Below, piece after piece: positions 58,040-64,000 of a DNA stretch of 64,000 nt; within the stretch, counting starts at the first letter, position 1; every line of letters begins with the position of its first letter. Both the position numbers and the translations under genes were made by a program. This DNA comes from Bdellovibrionales bacterium (GTDB lineage: Bacteria; Bdellovibrionota; Bdellovibrionia; Bdellovibrionales; JAGQZY01): the NCBI GenBank assembly GCA_964230645.1, contig CAXRHT010000001.1:619194-683193 (forward strand), given 5' to 3'. A model generated the notes under the pieces. That model had not been told where the DNA came from. It saw nothing but the letters and a program-made list of their open reading frames with translations, and did not search any database.

Positions 58040-59551
58040 TTACCTTACAGACTGATAGTAAGCCTGCATGCTGTCTACCGCTTTGTGCCAGCGTTTAAGC
58101 CTTTTCGCTCTTTCAGTGGCCGATGAGCGGTGCTTAAAAGGTTTATCCACCTGGTCCATTTTTTTAAGATCTTTTTTGTCGGACCAAACACCTTCGGCGA
58201 GTCCTGCCATGAGGGCCGCTCCAAGAGAGGTGGTTTCTACATTTTTAGGGCGCACGACCCCCACCCCGAGGTAATCGGCCTGCAGCTGCATAAGAAGATT
58301 ATTAGCGGCCGCTCCCCCGTCGACACGAACTGTTTTTAATTTTACTTTCGATTCACCCACCATTGTGTTCATTATGTCCACATTCTGTAGCGCCATGGCC
58401 TCGAGTGTGGCTCTGGCAATGTGCTCGTTGGTCGTTCCACGTGTTAAACCGAACATGGTTCCTCTCACCAAAGGATCCCAGTGAGGGGCTCCAAGCCCTG
58501 AAAAGGCTGGGACAAATTCCACGCCGCCTGAGTCCTCGACTTTTTTGGCGAGCTTTTCAATATCGGGACTGTTATGAATGAGATGCATATTGTCTCTGAG
58601 CCACTGCACGGCGGCTCCACAAATAAATGCTCCCCCCTCAAGGGCGTAGCTAGCTTCTTTAGCTCCCGGCCACTGCCAACCCACAGTGGTGAGAAGTCCT
58701 TTTTGACTCATCACTTTTTTGCTGCCGGTATTCATCAACAAAAAACTACCCGTTCCGAAGGTAATCTTAGCCTCACCTTTTTCAAAGCAGTACTGACCAA
58801 ATAAGGCACTCTGCTGATCTCCTAGAACACCTGTTATGGGAATGCCACTGGGAAGACCGGCCACACGGACGGTTTTTCCAAAGTGACCACCAGAGGCCTT
58901 GATCTGAGGGAGCATGTTTTCTTTTAGAGAGAAAAGTTTTAACAGGCCCGGATCGTAAGAAAGAGTGTCTAAAGACATGAGCTGTGTTCTGGAAGCGTTG
59001 GTGACGTCAGTCATAAAACTTTTCCCGCCAGTGAGCTTCCAAATCAAATAGGCGTCTATGGTTCCAAGGGCGAGCTGATTTTTCTTAGCCAAAGCTTTGG
59101 CCTCCGGATTGTTTTTTAAAATCCAGTGCATTTTTGTCCCCGAAAAGTAAGGATCAAGAACAAGCCCTGTGGTTTTTTGTAAGCTTTTTTCCACACCTTT
59201 CTTTTTTAGCTTTTCACAAAACTCAGTGGTTCTACGACACTGCCAAACAATGGCGTTTCCAACGGTCTCCCCTGTTTTTTTATCCCAGGCGACTACGGTT
59301 TCTCTTTGATTGGTGATTCCTATTGCAATCACACTCTTAGGATCTACTTTAGATTTTTCAAAGACCTCTTTGATGGAAAGACGCAGAGATTTCCAGATAT
59401 CTTTAGGATCATGCTCCACCCAACCCGGTTTTGGAAAAATTTGCCGAAACTCCCGGTTTCCCTTTACTTTTAACTGCCCCTTCGTGTTGATTAGAGAGAC
59501 TGTGGTTCCCGTGGTACCCTGGTCGATGGATAATAAGTATTGTTGCTTCAT
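58040..59551 (-). CDS. glpK: Glycerol kinase
   Basis: N-terminus LSIDQGTTGTT; FGGY-family pattern throughout; 503 aa. Confidence 0.9.
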   Translation of the reverse strand: MKQQYLLSIDQGTTGTTVSLINTKGQLKVKGNREFRQIFPKPGWVEHDPKDIWKSLRLSIKEVFEKSKVDPKSVIAIGITNQRETVVAWDKKTGETVGNAIVWQCRRTTEFCEKLKKKGVEKSLQKTTGLVLDPYFSGTKMHWILKNNPEAKALAKKNQLALGTIDAYLIWKLTGGKSFMTDVTNASRTQLMSLDTLSYDPGLLKLFSLKENMLPQIKASGGHFGKTVRVAGLPSGIPITGVLGDQQSALFGQYCFEKGEAKITFGTGSFLLMNTGSKKVMSQKGLLTTVGWQWPGAKEASYALEGGAFICGAAVQWLRDNMHLIHNSPDIEKLAKKVEDSGGVEFVPAFSGLGAPHWDPLVRGTMFGLTRGTTNEHIARATLEAMALQNVDIMNTMVGESKVKLKTVRVDGGAAANNLLMQLQADYLGVGVVRPKNVETTSLGAALMAGLAEGVWSDKKDLKKMDQVDKPFKHRSSATERAKRLKRWHKAVDSMQAYYQSVR

Positions 59552-59574
59552 GTTTTTTCCTCAAAGGATGATCT

Positions 59575-60342
59575 ATGGGTTGGTTTTTCAAAGATAACCA
59601 AAAAACATTCAACCTTAAAGAACTTGACCCACAAAGGTTAATGTATCGAGTCATGCCTCATTGGCTCGGTGAGATCATGACCAAGTATTTTCGTATCACT
59701 ATCGAGGGAGAAGAGAATATCCCACGAAAAGGCCCAGCCCTCATCACGCCCAATCATTCTGGCTATATGGGTTTTGATGCTTTTTTATTGGGGCACCATA
59801 TTCATCAGGCCACCCAAAGAAAAGCCCGCATTCTCACCCATAAGCTCTGGTTTATTAACCCCACAACGGCGATACCTATGAAGCGCCTAGGCTTTATTGA
59901 AGCTACCAAAACCAATGGCACGAAAGCTCTCGGTAAAAATAAACTTGTGGTTTTGTTTCCTGAAGGAGAGTACGGCAATTTTAAGCCATCTAGTAAAGCC
60001 TATCATTTGCAAGAGTTTCGTCGTGGATTTATTCGAATGGCCATCACTCAACAGGCCCCTATTGTTCCTACACTTATATTAGGAGCAGAAGAGACTCATA
60101 TAAATCTCGCTCGCCTCAAATTTAGTAAATATCTTCGGGGGACCGTTTTGCCCCTACCACTCAATATTCTTCCACTGCCTGCTAAGTGGCATATTATTTT
60201 TATGGAACCCATCCATCTGCCCTACACACCGTCGCAAGTGAGCGACCGGGAGCTAATAAAAGATTTGGCTCAAGACATTAGAGAGCGAATGCAAAAGCGC
60301 CTGAGTCATGAAGTGAATAAAAGAAAGAATTTATACTTTTAA
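59575..60342 (+). CDS. Lysophospholipid (1-acyl-glycerol-3-phosphate) acyltransferase family protein
   Basis: PNHSGYMGFD (variant HX4D block) and VLFPEGE block. Confidence 0.6.
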   Translation: MGWFFKDNQKTFNLKELDPQRLMYRVMPHWLGEIMTKYFRITIEGEENIPRKGPALITPNHSGYMGFDAFLLGHHIHQATQRKARILTHKLWFINPTTAIPMKRLGFIEATKTNGTKALGKNKLVVLFPEGEYGNFKPSSKAYHLQEFRRGFIRMAITQQAPIVPTLILGAEETHINLARLKFSKYLRGTVLPLPLNILPLPAKWHIIFMEPIHLPYTPSQVSDRELIKDLAQDIRERMQKRLSHEVNKRKNLYF

Positions 60343-60343
60343 A

Positions 60344-60583
60344 TTAGTCGCCAAGGTCGTTACCGACCAGCTGTAAAAGCTGAGACCATTTGGTGATAAC
60401 AACACCATTGTTCCCTTCACCCCGACCTACCAAACCTTTGGTAAGGAGCGCACAGGCCGATACAGCCACAAACATTAAGAGGATATACTCCACCACAAGC
60501 TGGCCTTTATTTTGACGCAAACTCGACTTTACTGTAGGCTTTTCTTGTGTCTCAAAATGATACTGATCCCGGTGATCTTTCAT
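60344..60583 (-). CDS. Flp/Fap-type (type IVb) pilin-like small protein
   Basis: G/XXXXEY processing motif NKG-QLVVEY followed by a hydrophobic helix ILLMFVAVSACALL. AAGGAAGG SD lies before ATG 60583. Confidence 0.4.
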   Translation of the reverse strand: MKDHRDQYHFETQEKPTVKSSLRQNKGQLVVEYILLMFVAVSACALLTKGLVGRGEGNNGVVITKWSQLLQLVGNDLGD

Positions 60584-61098
60584 CTCAACGCCTTCCTTTA
60601 TGGGCCCAACTGAGCCTTGGTCTTGCTTTCCTCGTTCTCGTTTATATTACAGCTGTGACCTCTACCACCTATATATCGGCATGGGACAGAGAGGACTCAA
60701 ATTATTATACCAATGCTTTAGAGGGACTGAAAGTAAAAGGAATCAACCCCTCAGCTCCTACCCTCATTGCGTTTTGGGAACAGGGCTGTGAGGACTGCCG
60801 TAAAAACATCCGTTTCTTCTCAAAACTGCCTAGCTCCATTCGGCCTTACGCCATCCACCTTTATGATAAGAATCTCAAAGAGAGTGACCTTCGACAGCAG
60901 TGGGTTAGCTTAAACCCAGGTGTTGCTCAGCTTGTTTATGATGAAACAGAACTTCTTCAGACAAGTTTTAGAGTAAGGGGTGGTGCTATGGTGTTTTTGA
61001 TCTTACCAAAAGATAAAGCGCTTTATAGCTATTGGGGAGAAATTGAAGACAATTACGAAAGACTCTCTGAAATCATCAAAGAGTCTTATCACAGATAA
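60547..61098 (+). CDS. Membrane-anchored thioredoxin-fold thiol:disulfide oxidoreductase (TlpA-like)
   Basis: TM anchor, then FWEQGCEDCRKN (FWxxxCxxC). The only in-frame start before the TM is GTG 60547. Confidence 0.55.
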   Translation: MSQNDTDPGDLSSQRLPLWAQLSLGLAFLVLVYITAVTSTTYISAWDREDSNYYTNALEGLKVKGINPSAPTLIAFWEQGCEDCRKNIRFFSKLPSSIRPYAIHLYDKNLKESDLRQQWVSLNPGVAQLVYDETELLQTSFRVRGGAMVFLILPKDKALYSYWGEIEDNYERLSEIIKESYHR

Positions 61099-61104
61099 AA
61101 AATT

Positions 61105-61491
61105 TTAGGCTTGAGCGATCGGCTCTTCATCAAAACCGATTTGCTTATCGATATCAGCAAAAAAGTGATCGACGGTTTCTGGAGTCATAGGCCCCTGGAT
61201 TCCAAAGATTAAATCCTCACCCATTTCACCTGGAGCAAAAGTGTTGGCCTCACTTGCGAAGCGTGACTGGAACTCATCTGAGTTATTGTAGAGCATTATA
61301 TAGCAGTAATTATCCGTGCCCTTTTTTCTCAAAAACTGCTCCCACTGATTTTTGCGGCTTTGAATTTTAAAATAAATCTCAAGAGCTTGTGATTCCTGTT
61401 CGTTTGAAAAGTAAATACGAATTGGGTCAGAAAAAATAGCTGTGTTAAAATCAGAAGAGAAGTATTTAGTTTTGGTTATGTAACGATCCAT
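61105..61491 (-). CDS. Hypothetical protein
   Basis: ORF with GGGGG SD 9 nt before ATG 61491. The track's longer TTG start at 61569 lacks an SD. Confidence 0.45.
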   Translation of the reverse strand: MDRYITKTKYFSSDFNTAIFSDPIRIYFSNEQESQALEIYFKIQSRKNQWEQFLRKKGTDNYCYIMLYNNSDEFQSRFASEANTFAPGEMGEDLIFGIQGPMTPETVDHFFADIDKQIGFDEEPIAQA

Positions 61492-61849
61492 GTTTATAAC
61501 CCCCGTTTGTGAGTTCAAGGCTAGAACTGTTAAAAACACTAAGTCTATTATTTTTTGCCTTTTAAACAAGGCGTTAACAAAAAGCCAGACCTTTCAGTAA
61601 ACAATCGAAAATATTGCTATTTTCCTTTGCGCGTTCGGATTTTTTTGTGGTTAAATCTTGGGTCTTTTCATACCCACGACAGGCTTGGTTTTTTTCTTCA
61701 TTCCACCTCTTTTATAAATTTATACTACAAAAAAGTAGGTCTTGAATTGACCCCAAAAAGAATGTGCAATTGTAGACAAGAAATCTTCTCGATTGCTCCA
61801 TGCTCAAAATTAAAGTGCGATGTAGAGTGAAGACTTTATGAGGGGCAAA

Positions 61850-62488
61850 ATGAAATTTACGACCGTGGTTTTAATCATGAGTTTATCCATTATTTTTTTA
61901 GGCTGCTCGGTCTTTGGTGTTCGCTCAGCCCCCACACCTGATTACCAAGTACTCGTTGAAGATAAAGATAAGCAAATCAGAGAATACGACGAATATATTG
62001 TAGCCAAAACAACCGTCTCAGAATCTAATTACGATGATGCCCAGAACAAAGCCTTTAGACGTCTGGCGGATTATATTTTTGGAAAAAATAAAACGAATAC
62101 CGAAATGAAAATGACAACTCCTGTGACACAAAAAAATAATTCCAGTGAAACATTAGAAATGACAGCTCCCGTTTTGCAGTCTGAGGGTGAAAACTCTCGG
62201 ACCATGAGCTTCATTATGCCAAAAGAATATACGATGGAGTCTTTACCTGCACCCAAAGACTCTCGAATCGAATTTGAAAAGGTCCCAAAAAGAACCATGG
62301 CCGCTATCCGCTACACTTGGTCAGAAAATAAAGAGCGCAATCAAAAAAAAGCTCAAGAACTTTTAGATTGGCTTAAAAAGCAACCTAAATACAAACAAGT
62401 CGCGTCCCCAGTGTATGCCGGCTACGATCCCCCTTGGACTCTCCCCTTTTTACGTAGAAATGAAATGCTTATTGAAGTTAAAAAGTAA
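61850..62488 (+). CDS. SOUL haem-binding-family lipoprotein
   Basis: Lipobox IFLGCS. Duplicated MTTPV / MTAPV motifs and SOUL-type length. Confidence 0.6.
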   Translation: MKFTTVVLIMSLSIIFLGCSVFGVRSAPTPDYQVLVEDKDKQIREYDEYIVAKTTVSESNYDDAQNKAFRRLADYIFGKNKTNTEMKMTTPVTQKNNSSETLEMTAPVLQSEGENSRTMSFIMPKEYTMESLPAPKDSRIEFEKVPKRTMAAIRYTWSENKERNQKKAQELLDWLKKQPKYKQVASPVYAGYDPPWTLPFLRRNEMLIEVKK

Positions 62489-62504
62489 ATTGAAAGTACC
62501 TTGA

Positions 62505-62693
62505 AAGTACCTGGTTCTTTTTTCGTATGCGTGGTGTTAATGCCGACGAGTCCTCACTGAAAATTCAAGTCTGGTGTTGGTTCTCCCTAATAGCCAGGCT
62601 TCGGAAACAGAAATGGCAATCCAAATTCACTACCGGGACAATGATGTTAAAAGCAATCTTGACGTTGTGCTTCCGAAAAAAGAACCTGGTACC
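62505..62693. repeat. MITE-like palindromic element, family copy 2
   Basis: The reverse complement of the right end (62666-62693) is gggtaccaggttcttttttcggaagcac, matching the copy-1 left TIR. The left end gtacctggttcttttttcgtatgc is degenerate. It fills the gap between convergent SOUL and hutI genes. Confidence 0.75.
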
Positions 62694-62695
62694 CT

Positions 62696-63925
62696 CTAGG
62701 GTTTTACTGCTTTTCCTTTTATATAGGTTTTTTCGGCCTGATGATTTTCCATCGAGTAGAAGAAGTTTTGCCAGGGTTTTTCTGTGATGAAGAAGTCGGC
62801 TTGTTTTCCTAGGGTGAGTGATCCTCTTTGGTTTTCTAGACCGAGAGCGCAGGCGCCATTGTAGGTGAGTGCTGCGAAGACTTCGGGTAGAGACATTTTC
62901 ATTTTTAATCTTGCAAGAAGACCGACAAAGCTTATGTTCTGAGTGGGACTAGAGCCTGGGTTATGGTCAGTGGCTAGAGCCACTCTTCCGCCTTGATCAA
63001 TGAGAGCTCTGGCATCAGGGTAATCGCATTGAAGGTAAAAGTCGGCGGCTGGAAGAAGGACGGCTACTGTTTGAGACTGAGCGAGAGTTTTTTTGCCTTT
63101 TTTATCAAGGCAGATCACATGGTCAGCCGATTGCGCCTTTAACTCGACAGCCAAATCACTACCACCGGTGAGATTGAGTTGATCGGCGTGAATGGTGACC
63201 TTAAAGCCCATTTCTATGGCTGTGTTCAGATAGTCTTTGGCTTTTTCTTTTGAGAAATAATTCTTTTCAACGAAGATATCCACTCGGTCGGCAAGCTTGT
63301 TTTTCTTTATTATTTTTAAGTCTTCTTTGAGAGTTTCAAGGTAGCTTTCCTCATTCATTTCTTTGGGAATGGCGTGCGCCCCTAGGTAAGTGGTAACCAC
63401 TTGGATACCTTTCAGGGCTCTGGCGGCTTTGAGCATTTTTTTTTCGGTCTTTAAATTGAGGCCGTAGCCACTTTTTATTTCAACTGTTGTAACACCTTGT
63501 TTGAGATGCTCCTTCACCCTTTGTTGAGCGAGTTCGGTGAGCTTTTTCTCACTGGCCTTGCGAGTGGACTCGACTGTAAATAAAATCCCTCCGCCTTTAT
63601 TGGCGATTTCTTGATAGCTGGTTCCCTGATTTCGAAGTTCAAACTCGTGCTTTCTATCGCCAGCGAAAACAAAATGGGTATGGCAATCGATAAATCCCGG
63701 AAAGACGTTTTTCTTTTTTAAGTCTACCTCTTTCAAAGCTTTGTAAGCTTTAGGGATTTTATCATTGTTTCCAATCCAAGAGATTTTACCGTCCTCTACA
63801 GCGAAAGCTTTTTTCTTCACAACACCGAGATCCTCTTTTAAAGGCTTTCGGCCCTGCTTTTGGAGGACTCCTGAGAGAGTCATCAACTCCCCTGCATTTC
63901 GAAAGATGGTTCCCTTTTTAGCCAA
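62696..63925 (-). CDS. hutI: Imidazolonepropionase
   Basis: GFIDCHTHFVFAGDR, GGGI and HADQL motifs of the amidohydrolase HutI family; 409 aa. Confidence 0.85.
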   Translation of the reverse strand: MAKKGTIFRNAGELMTLSGVLQKQGRKPLKEDLGVVKKKAFAVEDGKISWIGNNDKIPKAYKALKEVDLKKKNVFPGFIDCHTHFVFAGDRKHEFELRNQGTSYQEIANKGGGILFTVESTRKASEKKLTELAQQRVKEHLKQGVTTVEIKSGYGLNLKTEKKMLKAARALKGIQVVTTYLGAHAIPKEMNEESYLETLKEDLKIIKKNKLADRVDIFVEKNYFSKEKAKDYLNTAIEMGFKVTIHADQLNLTGGSDLAVELKAQSADHVICLDKKGKKTLAQSQTVAVLLPAADFYLQCDYPDARALIDQGGRVALATDHNPGSSPTQNISFVGLLARLKMKMSLPEVFAALTYNGACALGLENQRGSLTLGKQADFFITEKPWQNFFYSMENHQAEKTYIKGKAVKP

Positions 63926-64000
63926 TGCGCCTCCCCCATTTGTGTACGATCTTTAAAATTTAATCGGATGAGGCCTTTTTAATTACTTTAAATGATTCAT

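Noticed and set aside
62527-62787. 86 aa plus-strand ORF
   Set aside because: It starts inside the MITE-like element and runs antisense into the 3' end of hutI. It has no SD and a low-complexity composition.

Overview
This is a 64 kb chromosomal segment with about 57 protein-coding genes at ordinary density. I saw no rRNA, tRNA, CRISPR array, transposase or integrase. All family calls come from motifs read by eye in the supplied translations; I ran no searches.

The gene content suggests a Bdellovibrio-like or deltaproteobacterial-type organism. The evidence is an alternative complex III, a myxobacterial-style type II secretion locus, many signal-peptide hydrolases and moderate-to-low GC. This is inference only.

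Main blocks:
- actB/actA (alternative complex III) and, beyond an intervening protease and phosphoesterase, the System II cytochrome c maturation genes ccsBA (1-8516).
- A complete type II secretion (gsp) locus at 12152-27654, split into gspC-D-E on the minus strand and gspF-G-H-I-J-K-L-M-N on the plus strand, with an outer-membrane barrel gene between them.
- ssb, then an outer-membrane barrel gene and a Cys-rich type IV pilin.
- A housekeeping run: amidase, rph, rdgB, prs, rplY, pth, ychF.
- An oppABC-like peptide importer, an ABC-2 exporter, an acyl-CoA dehydrogenase, slt-csp, glpK and hutI.

Non-routine observations:
1. A 150 bp element with perfect 36 bp inverted arms sits in frame inside the leader-peptide region of gspJ.
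2. Two intergenic MITE-like elements share a roughly 28 bp terminal inverted repeat (GGTACCAGGTTCTTTTTTCGGAAGC) but have unrelated cores.
3. A canonical bidirectional terminator-like hairpin with a 14 bp perfect stem lies on the start codon and signal-peptide codons of slt.
4. A 721 aa signal-peptide protein looks like two tandem uracil-DNA-glycosylase-superfamily domains.
5. Also noted: an orphan Flp-type pilin-like ORF, a FabD-like protein lacking the catalytic Ser, and several short tandem repeats upstream of genes for small secreted proteins.

I did not find a recognisable novel multi-gene system such as a defence island.
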